From: Escherichia phage PBM-1
Length of the DNA: 64,000 nt
Sequence record: PV029540
Strand: one strand, 5' to 3'
In this document: positions 48,801-59,286 of the stretch, piece after piece
How positions within the stretch are numbered: position 1 is the first letter of the stretch
Layout of the letters: every line of letters begins with the position of its first letter
Made by a program: the position numbers and the translations under genes
Notes under the pieces: generated by a model
The model's input: only the letters and a program-made list of their open reading frames with translations
Told to the model about the DNA's origin: nothing
Database searches by the model: none

Positions 48801-49767
48801 AAAAGTGTGGGGAAATCAATTTAGCGGGGAGTCAGACACAACACGTTCTACTGTATTTGAAGTTAGTGATGAAACTTCTAGTCATTTTTATTCTCAGCGT
48901 AATAAAGCTGGTAATATAACATTTAATATCAACGGTACAGTAACACCGATAAATGTGAATGCTTCAGGAACATTGAATGCGAATGGCGTTGCAACATTTG
49001 GTAATTCAGTCACTGCAACTGGTGAAATTATTTCTCGAAGCGCAAATGCTTTCCGTGCTATTAATGGAAATTACGGTTTCATTATTCGTAATGACGGGTC
49101 AGTAACGAATTTTATGCTTACTGCATCAGGCAATCAAACTGGTGGATTTAATGGATTGCGTCCATTGTCCATTAATAATCAATCTGGGCAGGTCACAATT
49201 GGTGAAAGCTTGATCATTGCTAAAGGTGCTACTATAAATTCAGGTGGTTTAACTGTTAACTCGAGAATTCGTTCTCAAGGTGTTAAAACATCTGATTTAT
49301 ATACCCGTGCGCCGACATCTGATACTGTAGGATTCTGGTCAATCGATATTAATGATTCAGCCACTTATAACCAGTTCCCGGGTTATTTTAAAATGGTTGA
49401 AAAAACTAATGAAGTTACTGGACTTCCATACTTAGAACGTGGCGAAGAAGTTAAATCTCCTGGTACATTGACTCAGTTTGGTAACACACTTGATTCACTT
49501 TACCAAGATTGGATTACTTATCCAACGACTCCAGAAGCACGTACCACTCGCTGGACACGTACATGGCAAAAAACTAAAAACTCTTGGTCAAGTTTTGTTC
49601 AGGTATTTGATGGAGGTAACCCTCCTCAACCTTCGGATATAGGAGCAATTCCATCTGATAATGGAATAATAGGTAATCTTACTATTCGTGATTTCTTACG
49701 AATTGGTAATGTTCGCATTATTCCTGACCCAGTGAATAAAACTGTTAAATTTGAATGGGTTGAATAA
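45898..49767 (+). CDS. 34: gp34 long tail fibre proximal subunit
   Basis: 1289 aa as in T4; late promoter upstream. Confidence 0.95.
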   Translation: MAEIKRKFRAEDGLDAGGDKIINVALADRTVGTDGVNVDYLIQENTVQQYDPTRGYLKDFVIIYNNRFWAATDNIPKPAGSFNRIRWKALRTDAVYTTVSSGPYQLKSGEAISVDTSVGNDIEFTLPPSPLDGETVIIQDIGGKPGINQVKISSSNQSIVNFRGEQVRSVLMTHPKSQMIFIFNNRLWQMYVADYSREAAIVTPSTAYQAQSNDFIVRRFTSAAPINIKLPRFANHGDIINFVDLDKLNPLYHTIVTTYDETTSVQEVGTHSIEGRTSIDGFLMYDDNEKLWRLFDGDSKARLRVITTNSNIRPNEEVMVFSANNGTTQTIELQLPTDISIGDTVKISMNYMRKGQTVKIKAAGEDKIASSVQLLQFPKRSEYPPEAEWVTVQELVFNGETNYVPVLQLAYIEDSDGKYWVVQQNVPTVERVDSLNNSTRARLGVIALATQAQANADLENSPQKELAITPETLANRTATETRRGIARIATTAQVNQDTTFSFADDIIITPKKLNERTATETRRGVAEIATQQETNAGTDDTTIITPKKLQARQGSESLSGIVTFVSTAGATPASSRELNGTNVYNKNTNNLVVSPKALDQYKATPTQQGAVILAVESEVIAGQSQEGWANAVVTPETLHKKTSTDARIGLIEIATQSEVNTGTDYTRAVTPKTLNDRKATESLSGIAEIATQVEFDAGVDDTRISTPLKIKTRFNSTDRTSVVALSGLVESGTLWDHYTLNILEANETQRGTLRVATQVESAAGILDNVLITPKKLLGTKSTEAQEGVIKVATQSETVAGTSANTAVSPKNLKWIVQSEPTWAATTLVRGFVKTSSGSITFVGNDTVGSTQPLDLYEKNSYAVSPYELNRVLANYLPLKAKAADANLLDGLDSSQFIRRDIAQTVNGSLTLTKQTNLSAPLVSSSTATFGGSVSANSTLTISNTGTATQLIFEKGPQTGTNPTQTMTVKVWGNQFSGESDTTRSTVFEVSDETSSHFYSQRNKAGNITFNINGTVTPINVNASGTLNANGVATFGNSVTATGEIISRSANAFRAINGNYGFIIRNDGSVTNFMLTASGNQTGGFNGLRPLSINNQSGQVTIGESLIIAKGATINSGGLTVNSRIRSQGVKTSDLYTRAPTSDTVGFWSIDINDSATYNQFPGYFKMVEKTNEVTGLPYLERGEEVKSPGTLTQFGNTLDSLYQDWITYPTTPEARTTRWTRTWQKTKNSWSSFVQVFDGGNPPQPSDIGAIPSDNGIIGNLTIRDFLRIGNVRIIPDPVNKTVKFEWVE

Positions 49768-49775
49768 GAGGTATT

Positions 49776-50891
49776 ATGGAAAAATTTATGGCAGAGTTTG
49801 GACAAGGATATGTCCAAACGCCATTTTTATCGGAAAGCAATTCAGTAAGATATAAAATAAGCATAGCGGGCTCTTGCCCGCTTTCTACTGCAGAGCCATA
49901 TGTTAAATTTCAGGATAATCCCATTGGAAATCAAACATTTAGTGCAGGTCTTCATTTAAGAGTTTTTGACCCTTCTACGGGAGCATTAGTTGATAGTAAG
50001 TCATATGCTTTTTCTGCTTCAAACAATACAACATCTGCCGCTTTTGTCAGTTTTATGAATTCTTTGTCAAACAATAGACTTGTTGCTATATTAACTAGCG
50101 GAAAGGTTAATTTTCCTCCTGAAGTGGTATCTTGGTTAAGGGGAGCAGGAACTTCAGTTTTTCCATCAGATTCAGTATTGTCAAGATTTGACGTATCATA
50201 TGCTGCTTTTTATACTTCTTCTAAAAGAGCTATTGCATTAGAGCATGTTAAACTAAGTAATAGAAAAAGCACAGATGATTATCAAACTATTTTAGATGTT
50301 GTATTTGATAGTTTAGAAGACGTCGGAGCTACGGGATTTCCTAAAAGAACATATGAAAGTGTCGAGCAATTTATGTCAGCGGTTGGTGGAACTAACAACG
50401 AAATTGCGCGATTACCAACTTCAGCTGCTATAAGTAAACTATCTGATTATAATTTAATTCCTGGTGATGTTCTTTATCTTAAAGCACAGTTATATGCTGA
50501 TGCTGATTTACTTGATCTTGGAACTACAAATATATCTATCCGTTTTTATAATGCATCAAATGGATATATTTCTTCAACACAGGCTGAGTTTACTGGGCAA
50601 GCTGGGTCATGGGAATTAAAGGAAGATTATGTAGTTGTTCCTGAAAATGCAGTCGGATTTACTATATATGCGCAGAGAACTGCTCAAGCTGGTCAAGGCG
50701 GACTGAGGAATTTAAGCTTTTCTGAAGTATCAAGAAATGGCGGCATTTCAAAACCTGCCGAATTTGGCGTCAACGGTATTCGCGTTAATTATGTCTGTGA
50801 ATCGGCTTCACCTCCAGATATAATGGTACTTCCTACACAAGCCTCTTCTAAAACTGGCAAAGTGTTTGGGCAAGAATTTAGAGAAGTTTAA
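49776..50891 (+). CDS. 35: gp35 long tail fibre hinge protein
   Basis: 371 aa; position. Confidence 0.9.
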   Translation: MEKFMAEFGQGYVQTPFLSESNSVRYKISIAGSCPLSTAEPYVKFQDNPIGNQTFSAGLHLRVFDPSTGALVDSKSYAFSASNNTTSAAFVSFMNSLSNNRLVAILTSGKVNFPPEVVSWLRGAGTSVFPSDSVLSRFDVSYAAFYTSSKRAIALEHVKLSNRKSTDDYQTILDVVFDSLEDVGATGFPKRTYESVEQFMSAVGGTNNEIARLPTSAAISKLSDYNLIPGDVLYLKAQLYADADLLDLGTTNISIRFYNASNGYISSTQAEFTGQAGSWELKEDYVVVPENAVGFTIYAQRTAQAGQGGLRNLSFSEVSRNGGISKPAEFGVNGIRVNYVCESASPPDIMVLPTQASSKTGKVFGQEFREV

Positions 50892-50897
50892 ACTGAG

Positions 50898-50920
50898 GGA
50901 GCCTTCGGGTTCCCTTTTTC
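50898..50920 (+). terminator. rho-independent terminator after gene 35
   Basis: GGGAGCC-TTCG-GGTTCCC hairpin followed by TTTTT. Confidence 0.6.
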
Positions 50921-50923
50921 TTT

Positions 50924-50931
50924 ATAAATAA
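50924..50931 (+). promoter_or_regulatory. late promoter (TATAAATA) for gene 36
   Basis: Exact TATAAATA after the gene 35 terminator. Confidence 0.6.
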
Positions 50932-50953
50932 TATTAAAATAAAGGGGCATATA

Positions 50954-51604
50954 ATGGCTGATTTAAAAGTAGGTTCAACTGTGGGTGGATCTGTCATTTG
51001 GCATCAAGGAAATTTTCCATTGAATTCAGCCGGTGACGATGTACTCTACAAATCATTTAAAATATATTCAGAATATAATAAACCACAGGCAGCTGATAAC
51101 GATTTCGTTTCTAAAGCTAATGGTGGTACTTACACCGGTCCAATTACTATTAATTACGGGGTAAATAGTTATCTTCAATTAAGTAATAATGAAACCCCCA
51201 TTCGAATTCGTTCTGGTGGCGGTACCGGCAATACTCTTGTAGTTGGCGGCTCTTCTGGCGGTATTAGTTTTAGACCTGCAGGTAGTGAAATCACTACTGG
51301 ACAAATTACTATTACGCCAGAAGGTTTGACAACATTTACCAGGGCTGTAACGGCTCCATCTGTAACTGTTACATCTACTCCTTCAGCAGCATCTGATGTT
51401 ACTCGTAAAGATTATGTCGATGGAGCAATAAATACTGTTACGGCAAATGCGAATTCTAGAGTTTTGCGTAAAGGTGACACCATGACAGGTAATTTAACAG
51501 CGCCAAACTTTTTCTCGCAGAATCCTGCATCTCAACCCTCGCATGTTCCACGATTTGACCAAATCGTGATTAAGGATTCTGTTCAAGATTTCGGCTATTA
51601 TTAA
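50954..51604 (+). CDS. 36: gp36 long tail fibre distal connector
   Basis: 216 aa; position; terminator and late promoter upstream. Confidence 0.9.
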   Translation: MADLKVGSTVGGSVIWHQGNFPLNSAGDDVLYKSFKIYSEYNKPQAADNDFVSKANGGTYTGPITINYGVNSYLQLSNNETPIRIRSGGGTGNTLVVGGSSGGISFRPAGSEITTGQITITPEGLTTFTRAVTAPSVTVTSTPSAASDVTRKDYVDGAINTVTANANSRVLRKGDTMTGNLTAPNFFSQNPASQPSHVPRFDQIVIKDSVQDFGYY

Positions 51605-51612
51605 GAGGACTT

Positions 51613-54597
51613 ATGGCTACTTTAAAACAAATACAATTTAAAAGAAGCAAAACTGCAGGTCAACGTCCTGCTGCTTCAGTATTAGCCGAAGGTGAATTGG
51701 CTATTAATTTAAAAGATAAAACAATTTTCACAAAAGATGACTCAGGCAGTGTTATAGAATTAGGTTTAAAATATGGAGGAACAATTGATGGTTCTTTAAC
51801 TGTTAATGGAAGTATAATTGGAAATTTAACAGGTAACGCTGCAACTGCAACGAAATTGCAAACACCTAGGAAAATTAATGGTATATCTTTTGATGGGTCA
51901 AAGGACATTACCTTAACTCCATCTGACATAAATGTCAATAGCACAACGTTTATAAAAAATAACGGCGAATTACCGGTTGATGCTAATTTAGATGAGTATG
52001 GGCCTGTTGAAGAATATCTTGGAGTTTGGTCGAAAGCAACTTCAACCAACGCTCAACCAGCAAATAAATTTCCAGAAAAAAATGCCGTAGGTGTGCTAGA
52101 AGTATTTGTGGCCGGTCAATTTGCTGGTACTCAGAGATATACAACCAGATACGGAAATGTTTATATTCGTTCCTTGACTGCTACATGGAACGGAGTAAAT
52201 GGTCCGTGGAGTGTGTGGCGAAATATTCAATCCGGTACTCGTCCACTGTCAACAACAATTGATCTTAATGATCTAGGAGGTGCTGAACACTTTGGCTTGT
52301 GGAGGAATAGTTCAAATTCCATTGCTACCTTTGACAGAAATTTCCCAGAAGAGGGGTCGTCCGCTCAAGGTCTTTTGGAAGTATATGAAGGTGGAAACTA
52401 TTCTCGCACACAGAGATATACAACCAGATTTGGTGTTGTTTATACTCGCTGTCTTACTGCTGCGTGGAATGCTTCTGCGCCTAAATGGGGACCGTGGCAA
52501 CAAGTCGGTAATGTCACACCGGCGACTTTCTATGACGGAGACCTGAATGATTTTAAAACTCCTGGGTTATATAATATTTTAGGTACTGATGCCGTTATTA
52601 ACTGTCCTACAGGTGAAGGTTTACCAGCCGTTATTGTTGGTTTGCTGGAAGTTAAACAGCGTGCTTCTGGTGGTGCTATTTTCCAAAAATTTACTACTGC
52701 CGGAACAGGTACAACTACTCGCGGACGTATTTTTGAGCGTGCATACACTAATGGTGTTTGGGGTACATGGAACGAAGTATATACATCTTATTCTCTGCCA
52801 ATTACTTTGGGTATGGGTGGTATTAAAGCTCAATTAGCGGAGTTAGATTGGCAAGCCTTTGATTTTGTCCCTGGTAGTATGTTTAGCGTTCCTTTGAATA
52901 AAATAAAGAACATGCCAGCAAATATGGATTGGGGGACGATTGATGGAAACTTGGTTATGTTTTCTGTCGGTCCTAGCGAACATACTAGCACAGGGCGTAC
53001 TGTTCAGGTTTGGCGTGGTACTGTATCCCAGACAAACTACCGTTATTTTGTCGTTCGTGTATTCGGTAATTCAGGAAATAGAACTTGCACAGTTCGTCGT
53101 GTTGTTCTTGAAGATGGTCGCCACAAATGGACAGCGCAGCAAGATTTTAATGGCGCAGTTAACTTCGGTGCTCCTACCAATTTTAACTCTACTGTTAACC
53201 TTAATAACACTACCACTTTTAAAACAGAAGTTAAATTCCGCTCATTGAATGCATTTAAAATGTACGGCGGTAAGTTTGGCGCAATTTTCCGTAATGATGG
53301 AGAGAGTCTTTATATTCTTTCCACCGACGAAGATGATCAAGATGGAAACTTTAATACAAATAGACCTTTCCGTTATGAATTGAGAACTGGTGATGTTACT
53401 TTAGGTGGTACTAGTGGTGCTAACGTTTTAAAATTAAAACGTGATTCTCTCACCGCATTTTTTGGTGGTGATATTAATATAAAAGGCTTGATGACTTTTG
53501 ACGCTGGACGTTTAGGATCACGAGATTATTTTAAATTTAACCATTGGGGTGATAGTAATAATGCGCGTGATAACATTATTCAGTTAGAAGACAGCAAAGG
53601 AGTTCATTTTTCTACTGAACGTACTTTAGCGACTGGTGCAATTAAAACTAAATTCTTTGGTGAAGTTGAATCCGATGGTAGATTGATTATTAAACGTCCG
53701 GGTGATTCTATTGTATTATCAGCACCTGCTAGTAATTCTTTGCATATTCGTGGTGACGTAGACGGGACTAATAACTGGTATATTGGTAAGGGTGGTGATG
53801 ATAATGGATTAGCGTTCTATAGTTATGCTACTAATGCTGGTGTATACATTACAAACGCAGGAGATATCACGCTAAGTCCAAAAGGCGTCGAAATGGCTCA
53901 TGTTAATAACGTTCGATTATATGTTCATGGTGAACGTTGGACCGCTAGTCAACCAGGTGATTGGGGCAACCAATGGCGAGTAGAAGCGCCAATATTCGTC
54001 GATCATGGTTATGTTGGACCAGATAGTTATTATCCAATTATTAAAGGAAGAAGTGTAGTCACCAATCAAGGGTTTGTAACTGCCGTCGATCTTGGTATTC
54101 GTCGTATCCCTAATAATTGGGGACAAGCAATTATTCGTGTTGGATCTGCGGAGGCTTCTCCTGATGCTGGTCATCCTAACGCGATATTCGAGTTCCACTA
54201 TGATGGGTTCTTTTATGCACCAGGAAATGGAAGTTTTAATGATGTGTATATTCGTTCCGATGGTCGTCTTAAGATTAATAAAAAAGAGCTAGAAAACGGA
54301 GCGGTTGAAAAAGTTTGCCGACTGAAAGTTTATACTTACGATAAAGTTAAGTCTATTAAAGACCGTAGTGTTATTAAACATGAAGTTGGTATTATTGCGC
54401 AGGATCTTGAAAAGGAATTGCCAGAAGCTGTATCTAAAGTTGAAGTTGATGGATCTGATGTTCTGACAATTTCTAACTCTGCTGTGAATGCTCTTTTAAT
54501 TAAGGCCATTCAGGAAATGAGCGAAGAAATTAAAGAATTGAAAACACCTTTCTTCACTAAAATTGCTCGTAAAATTAGAAATTATTTTAAATTCTAA
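51613..54597 (+). CDS. 37: gp37 long tail fibre distal subunit with C-terminal intramolecular-chaperone-like domain
   Basis: 994 aa; N-terminal 50 aa conserved with T4 gp37; C-terminal ~110 aa carry an auto-processing chaperone-like signature ([16 protein letters not shown]). Confidence 0.85.
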   Translation: MATLKQIQFKRSKTAGQRPAASVLAEGELAINLKDKTIFTKDDSGSVIELGLKYGGTIDGSLTVNGSIIGNLTGNAATATKLQTPRKINGISFDGSKDITLTPSDINVNSTTFIKNNGELPVDANLDEYGPVEEYLGVWSKATSTNAQPANKFPEKNAVGVLEVFVAGQFAGTQRYTTRYGNVYIRSLTATWNGVNGPWSVWRNIQSGTRPLSTTIDLNDLGGAEHFGLWRNSSNSIATFDRNFPEEGSSAQGLLEVYEGGNYSRTQRYTTRFGVVYTRCLTAAWNASAPKWGPWQQVGNVTPATFYDGDLNDFKTPGLYNILGTDAVINCPTGEGLPAVIVGLLEVKQRASGGAIFQKFTTAGTGTTTRGRIFERAYTNGVWGTWNEVYTSYSLPITLGMGGIKAQLAELDWQAFDFVPGSMFSVPLNKIKNMPANMDWGTIDGNLVMFSVGPSEHTSTGRTVQVWRGTVSQTNYRYFVVRVFGNSGNRTCTVRRVVLEDGRHKWTAQQDFNGAVNFGAPTNFNSTVNLNNTTTFKTEVKFRSLNAFKMYGGKFGAIFRNDGESLYILSTDEDDQDGNFNTNRPFRYELRTGDVTLGGTSGANVLKLKRDSLTAFFGGDINIKGLMTFDAGRLGSRDYFKFNHWGDSNNARDNIIQLEDSKGVHFSTERTLATGAIKTKFFGEVESDGRLIIKRPGDSIVLSAPASNSLHIRGDVDGTNNWYIGKGGDDNGLAFYSYATNAGVYITNAGDITLSPKGVEMAHVNNVRLYVHGERWTASQPGDWGNQWRVEAPIFVDHGYVGPDSYYPIIKGRSVVTNQGFVTAVDLGIRRIPNNWGQAIIRVGSAEASPDAGHPNAIFEFHYDGFFYAPGNGSFNDVYIRSDGRLKINKKELENGAVEKVCRLKVYTYDKVKSIKDRSVIKHEVGIIAQDLEKELPEAVSKVEVDGSDVLTISNSAVNALLIKAIQEMSEEIKELKTPFFTKIARKIRNYFKF

Positions 54598-54629
54598 CAA
54601 CACGGGGCTTTGCCCCTTTGGAGAAAATT

Positions 54630-55430
54630 ATGGCAGTAGTTGGTGTTCCTGGTTGGATTGGAAGTTCATCCGTAAATGAAACAGGACAACGATGGATGAG
54701 TCAAGCGGCTGGTCAATTAAGATTGGGTGTTCCTTGCTGGATGAGTCAATTTGCAGGTCGCTCAAGAGAAATTATTCACACACTTGGAGCAGACCATAAC
54801 TTCAATGGTCAATGGTTCCGAGATAGATGTTTTGAGGCAGGTAGTGCACCTATAGTGTTTAATATCACCGGAAATTTGGTATCATATTCTAGAGATGTTC
54901 CTTTATTCTTCATGTATGGAGATACACCAAATGAATATGTTCAGTTGAATATTAGCGGTGGAGCTCATATGTGGGGCAGAGGTGGACAAGGTGGATGGAC
55001 TCATTCTGGTGGGGATGGTAATGGTCAACAGGGTGGGCATTGTATTCAAAATGACATTGGTGGTCGATTAAGAATTAATAATGGTGGAGTAATTTGTGGC
55101 GGTGGCGGCGGTGGCGGCGGTATCGCTTATCGTCCTCACTCTGGTGCAAACTGGCAAGATATTGGTGGCGGTGGAGGAAGACCATTTGGCCCAGGAGGTG
55201 GCGGTGGTTATTCAGGAGGCGCTGCTTCTTACGATGGCCCAGGAGGTGGTTATAATTATGGTAATGCTCACTCCGGTCAGGGTGGTGATGCTGGTGCAAA
55301 TGGACAAAATGCCTGGTATGATGGCGGTAAAGTACTAAAAGTCGGCGCTGGCGGCGCTGCTGGTTATGCCGTCATAGGATCAGCACCAACATGGCAAAAT
55401 GTTGGAATAATATATGGTCCAAGAGTATAA
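54630..55430 (+). CDS. 38: gp38 receptor-binding adhesin (T2-type, glycine-rich motifs)
   Basis: ORF 54618-55430 starts at TTG; ATG at Met5 with GGAGAA SD; conserved N-terminal [13 protein letters not shown]...; C-terminal poly-Gly islands separated by short variable segments. Confidence 0.85.
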   Translation: MAVVGVPGWIGSSSVNETGQRWMSQAAGQLRLGVPCWMSQFAGRSREIIHTLGADHNFNGQWFRDRCFEAGSAPIVFNITGNLVSYSRDVPLFFMYGDTPNEYVQLNISGGAHMWGRGGQGGWTHSGGDGNGQQGGHCIQNDIGGRLRINNGGVICGGGGGGGGIAYRPHSGANWQDIGGGGGRPFGPGGGGGYSGGAASYDGPGGGYNYGNAHSGQGGDAGANGQNAWYDGGKVLKVGAGGAAGYAVIGSAPTWQNVGIIYGPRV

Positions 55431-55461
55431 TTTTGAATAAATATCCTTAAAAGGAGGGTCT

Positions 55462-56118
55462 ATGGCAGCACCTAGAATATCATTTTCGCCCTCTGATATT
55501 CTGTTTGGTGTTCTAGATCGCTTGTTCAAAGATAACGCTACCGGGAAAGTTCTTGCTTCCCGGGTAGCTGTCGTAATTCTTTTGTTTATAATGGCGATTG
55601 TTTGGTATAGGGGAGATAGTTTCTTTGAGTACTATAAGCAATCAAAGTATGAAACATACAGCGAAATTATTGAAAAGGAAAGAAATGCACGCTTTGAATC
55701 TGTCGCCCTGGAACAACTCCAGATAGTTCATATATCATCTGAGGCAGACTTTAGTGCGGTGTATTCTTTCCGCCCTAAAAACTTAAACTATTTTGTTGAT
55801 ATTATAGCATATGAAGGAAAATTACCTTCAACAATAAGTGAAAAATCACTTGGAGGATATCCTGTTGATAAAACTATGGATGAATATGCAGTTCATTTAA
55901 ATGGACGTCATTATTATTCCAACTCAAAATTTGCTTTTTTACCAACTAAAAAGCCTACTCCCGAAATAAATTACATGTACAGTTGTCCATATTTTAATTT
56001 GGATAATATCTATGCTGGAACAATAACCATGTACTGGTATAGAAATGATCATATAAGTAATGACCGCCTTGAATCAATATGTGCTCAGGCGGCCAGAATA
56101 TTAGGAAGGGCTAAATAA
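55462..56118 (+). CDS. t: holin
   Basis: 218 aa, near-identical to T4 holin T. Confidence 0.95.
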   Translation: MAAPRISFSPSDILFGVLDRLFKDNATGKVLASRVAVVILLFIMAIVWYRGDSFFEYYKQSKYETYSEIIEKERNARFESVALEQLQIVHISSEADFSAVYSFRPKNLNYFVDIIAYEGKLPSTISEKSLGGYPVDKTMDEYAVHLNGRHYYSNSKFAFLPTKKPTPEINYMYSCPYFNLDNIYAGTITMYWYRNDHISNDRLESICAQAARILGRAK

Positions 56119-56391
56119 TTATTTGTTCGTATACATCTCTAGATATCGATATACACCCTCAAAACCCTCGTTGAATTCGTCGATGAGGGTTTTCTTATCT
56201 TCTTGAGTTAATTCAGAAACAATTTTACGGAATGAATTCTGATTTAACTTTCTACCTTCATGCGTTACTCCAATCTCATTCAGAAATGCAATAAAATTAG
56301 CGCGATTCTCAACAATATCTTCTCTGGAAAATTTAATCAAAATAGACGCAACAGTAATAATTTCACGAACTGTATCAATATTTTTATTCAT
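56119..56391 (-). CDS. asiA: anti-sigma70 factor AsiA
   Basis: 90 aa matching T4 AsiA (MNKNIDTVREIITVASILIKFSRED...). Confidence 0.9.
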   Translation of the reverse strand: MNKNIDTVREIITVASILIKFSREDIVENRANFIAFLNEIGVTHEGRKLNQNSFRKIVSELTQEDKKTLIDEFNEGFEGVYRYLEMYTNK

Positions 56392-56403
56392 TAACTATAC
56401 CAC

Positions 56404-56556
56404 TCAATTAGTTGACTTTGTTATAATATCATCAGACGCTTGATTTGTAAACTGGTCTGTGGTATTTTCTTCAAAAATTTTTTCTACGAATTCCTTGAAC
56501 GACTTACGTTCCTGAGCTACATTATGCTCGATTACTTTTTCAAGATTATGACTCAT
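56404..56556 (-). CDS. small hypothetical protein (~50 aa)
   Basis: Hand-found ORF below the 60-aa track cutoff; ATG overlaps arn stop (ATGA); coordinates approximate. Confidence 0.3.
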   Translation of the reverse strand: MSHNLEKVIEHNVAQERKSFKEFVEKIFEENTTDQFTNQASDDIITKSTN

Positions 56557-56831
56557 TCGAAATAATCTTCAATTTCATAATCAAGGACATAAATCATTAT
56601 AGTTTTTAATACATCATCAATACTTTTTCCTGGAGCTGGAATTACGTAAAAATATCCTGCTTTTGAGAGGTCTTTATAAGTTCCAACCAAGAAATCATTA
56701 TTCTCAAGATGCAGTTCTTCAACTAATTCATTAACAATTGAGTGGTATAAATTTGGTAGAAACTTATATAGCTTTTCTAGAATATCAATTTTGATTGTGT
56801 ATTGAACCACAGATTGAGAATCAATAATCAT
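56553..56831 (-). CDS. arn: Arn-like anti-restriction protein
   Basis: 92 aa acidic protein at the arn position between asiA and motA. Confidence 0.65.
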   Translation of the reverse strand: MIIDSQSVVQYTIKIDILEKLYKFLPNLYHSIVNELVEELHLENNDFLVGTYKDLSKAGYFYVIPAPGKSIDDVLKTIMIYVLDYEIEDYFE

Positions 56832-56908
56832 AGACCTTCCCCTTATGTTTCTGTTTGCGATTAGATTCTTTAAACGCTTTCTTCTTATCCTTATGGACAG
56901 AAGCTTTA

Positions 56909-57133
56909 TTAAAATTGTGTTTTGCGACTAAATTGTTCATAGTGCTGAATTACCTCTCTCAAACACTTGCATGTGAATGAAAACTTTTTAGCTACACCAC
57001 ATTCAAATATATGTTCTCTTAAATCACGTGTGTCAGTATATCCCATCTCAACAATAAAATGTCTTATTAGATTTTTATCTTTATCATTGAGAGAATTAAA
57101 ATAATCGGATTTTGAATTAATTTCCCTGGCCAA
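56909..57133 (-). CDS. hypothetical protein (74 aa)
   Basis: ORF between arn and motA. Confidence 0.5.
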   Translation of the reverse strand: MAREINSKSDYFNSLNDKDKNLIRHFIVEMGYTDTRDLREHIFECGVAKKFSFTCKCLREVIQHYEQFSRKTQF

Positions 57134-57413
57134 ATTGAATCACCTTCAGTTGACGTTTTAGTTCTTTTATCATTTCTTCGTTCATCGCAATATAAAGATC
57201 GCGTAAAGCAGGTTTTAACATTCCATTTACTGGAGAACTAAATGGACATACATAATCTTTTCCTACGAGCTTTTTGGTGAATTCCATATCACAGAACTGA
57301 AATGCCGGTTCATTGGCATAAATTCCCCAATTAGATGACATCATTTTATTGGCATATTCCAACGCCTGGATTTGATTCTTAATTCCATCAATTTGAAACT
57401 TTTTAATATTCAT
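57117..57413 (-). CDS. hypothetical protein (98 aa)
   Basis: ORF between arn and motA. Confidence 0.5.
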   Translation of the reverse strand: MNIKKFQIDGIKNQIQALEYANKMMSSNWGIYANEPAFQFCDMEFTKKLVGKDYVCPFSSPVNGMLKPALRDLYIAMNEEMIKELKRQLKVIQFGQGN

Positions 57414-57874
57414 TAGTAAAGGTCCTCAGAGTAAAGTTCTTTTTCACTACCACCGCGTTCAATACGTACTTGTCCGGCGTAAGTTGCAATAATCATTGCT
57501 TCTTCACGTGTCCAGTAATTGCTATACTGATCAATAAACCCTTGGTCATCATCACAAACTTGCTGAGTAACTAATTGAGGTTTAACTACATCTAAAACTT
57601 CTGCCATATCTTTAGAATAATGACGAGCACCTGGAATAACAAGAGTTCGTCCATCTTTTAATTTAAAACGGTTGGCGGCACAAACAATTCGTCGTTGATA
57701 CTTTTGGTTTTCATCCCAGTATGCGGTCTGCCAACAGATTTCAGGAACTTCTTTCAGAATATCTTCTTCTGTGCATTTATAACCATGTGCTTTAAATTTT
57801 TCAACAAGACTTTCTGGAGTTTCACGAGATAAAGGAACATTCAGCATTTTTAAACGATTAATAAATGGGTTCAT
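57413..57874 (-). CDS. hypothetical protein (153 aa)
   Basis: ORF; TAATG coupling with neighbours. Confidence 0.55.
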   Translation of the reverse strand: MNPFINRLKMLNVPLSRETPESLVEKFKAHGYKCTEEDILKEVPEICWQTAYWDENQKYQRRIVCAANRFKLKDGRTLVIPGARHYSKDMAEVLDVVKPQLVTQQVCDDDQGFIDQYSNYWTREEAMIIATYAGQVRIERGGSEKELYSEDLY

Positions 57875-58200
57875 TTAAACCATCCTTTAATACGCTGCCA
57901 CAGAGTTTTCTGTTGAGCTTTGTTAACACCAATTGAGCGAATAACTGGTTGAGATTCCTGGAATTCTTTATAATCAGCAAGGTAAATTTCGTAAGCTGCA
58001 TCCGTAAATGAACTTATCGCCGCCATAAAATTATTGCGAATACCTACTGGTGCATCTTTACTTTCACGAATAATCATGTATTTACCAGTCTTAATCTTTA
58101 CGATAGTTCCAAGATAAGCTCCATGATACCAGATATCCCACCCCTCTTGAGTGGGTTCTGCACAACGACGAAGTTCATTAACAATTTCTAACTTGTTCAT
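57871..58200 (-). CDS. hypothetical protein (109 aa)
   Basis: ORF; ATGA coupling. Confidence 0.55.
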   Translation of the reverse strand: MNKLEIVNELRRCAEPTQEGWDIWYHGAYLGTIVKIKTGKYMIIRESKDAPVGIRNNFMAAISSFTDAAYEIYLADYKEFQESQPVIRSIGVNKAQQKTLWQRIKGWFK

Positions 58201-58210
58201 TATTTATTCC

Positions 58211-58846
58211 TCACAGTTCAGATGCTACGGTGATTACTGCTTCAATGTTTTCTGCCGAGCGTTTAATGTCAAGATACACATTGCCGTTTTTAGCGATTTT
58301 ACATGACATTCCAATATTAGTAAATTTCTGAATATGGTGTTCCATCATTTTGTATCCAAAAATTCGCATATTTCCATTGTTATTAATTTCAAAATTACGA
58401 ATTCCGTGAGTGCGTTTTTCTAAAATAGCAAGATAGTTACTGCGGTAAGTTTCAACCTTTTTAAGAACAAATCCATTTTCATCTAAAAGTTTTAGCATAA
58501 GGTCTTTATCTTCTTCCATATCGGAAGTAATCTCACGAGCTTTACGAGTTGCTCGTTTTTTCAGTAGTTCAGGAGCATTTTCCTGTGCATATAAAGTTGC
58601 TGCATTTGAAATAATATCCTGAGCTTCTCCTGTAATGATTAATCCATCACCAGATTTCTCTACCAGACCTTTTTTAATCAATACCCCAATATTACTATTA
58701 ACTACTGCATTACCTAAATCTGGATGCACCTCACGAACTTCTGCGGCTGTAATGAAATCTTTCTTAGCAATGGTAATTAAAATCGCAGCAGTTTTTTCAT
58801 TCAGAACATCGTTAGAAGCTTTGATGATGTAAGTTACTTTAGACAT
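58211..58846 (-). CDS. motA: MotA middle-transcription activator
   Basis: 211 aa matching T4 MotA (MSKVTYIIKASNDVLNEKTAAILITIAKKDF...). Confidence 0.9.
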   Translation of the reverse strand: MSKVTYIIKASNDVLNEKTAAILITIAKKDFITAAEVREVHPDLGNAVVNSNIGVLIKKGLVEKSGDGLIITGEAQDIISNAATLYAQENAPELLKKRATRKAREITSDMEEDKDLMLKLLDENGFVLKKVETYRSNYLAILEKRTHGIRNFEINNNGNMRIFGYKMMEHHIQKFTNIGMSCKIAKNGNVYLDIKRSAENIEAVITVASEL

Positions 58847-58869
58847 TTTAATCTCCGTTTCAGTTCATT

Positions 58870-58925
58870 TATTTGATAGGTCTATAGTATCATGTTTAAA
58901 GCAGAAGTAAACACTTTTTTGCACT
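58870..58925 (-). promoter_or_regulatory. T4-type early promoter upstream of motA
   Basis: Minus strand GTTTAC-N18-TACTAT. Confidence 0.5.
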
Positions 58926-58951
58926 CTTTTTCAAGAGCTCTAATAAAGTAC

Positions 58952-59179
58952 TTACTTAATGTTCAGATTACGAACTTCGATTTCGTCTTCATGGGCAAAA
59001 TCAAACTGTTTGAATTCTGTGTCACCTTTAAATTTAAAAATCATTGTGAAGAAAGTCAGAACACCAGGTTTTTCTTCACGAACTCCACAGATGTCATATT
59101 CAATACCATCTACAACCAGTTTGTTAGCAGTCAGAGCATTTTTAGCTTTAACGATTTCGTTTTCGATTTTAAATTTCAT
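58952..59179 (-). CDS. hypothetical protein (75 aa)
   Basis: ORF with conserved early promoter upstream. Confidence 0.5.
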   Translation of the reverse strand: MKFKIENEIVKAKNALTANKLVVDGIEYDICGVREEKPGVLTFFTMIFKFKGDTEFKQFDFAHEDEIEVRNLNIK

Positions 59180-59214
59180 TTTTGTATCTCCGGGTTGTTT
59201 GTTTCAGTTCATTT

Positions 59215-59280
59215 ATTTGATAGTTGTATAGTACCACAGTATGCTTTGGTTGTAAACCGTTTTGTGAAAAAATTTTTGAA
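59215..59280 (-). promoter_or_regulatory. T4-type early promoter
   Basis: Minus strand AAAAATTTTTTCACAAAAC-GGTTTACA-N17-TACTATA. Confidence 0.5.
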
Positions 59281-59286
59281 ATAAAA

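Noticed and set aside
52280-53248. Cluster of short plus and minus ORFs inside gene 37
   Set aside because: Out-of-frame or antisense to the 994-aa gp37 frame, which is continuous with conserved N- and C-terminal domains.
55075-55300. Possible CRISPR-like or tandem repeat array in the GGTGG/GGCGG-rich stretch
   Set aside because: Repeats are short codon-level Gly repeats within gp38, irregular in spacing, with no direct-repeat/spacer architecture.
55075-55338. Two ORFs (His/Arg-rich on minus, Val/Ala-rich on plus) inside gp38
   Set aside because: Low-complexity translations of the GGN-repeat DNA encoding the gp38 poly-glycine islands in alternative frames; gp38 is the real gene.
58892-59284. 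Plus-strand ORFs of 130 and 90 aa overlapping the motA.1-like gene
   Set aside because: Antisense to a minus-strand gene that has a conserved early promoter and SD; the plus frames run through that promoter element.
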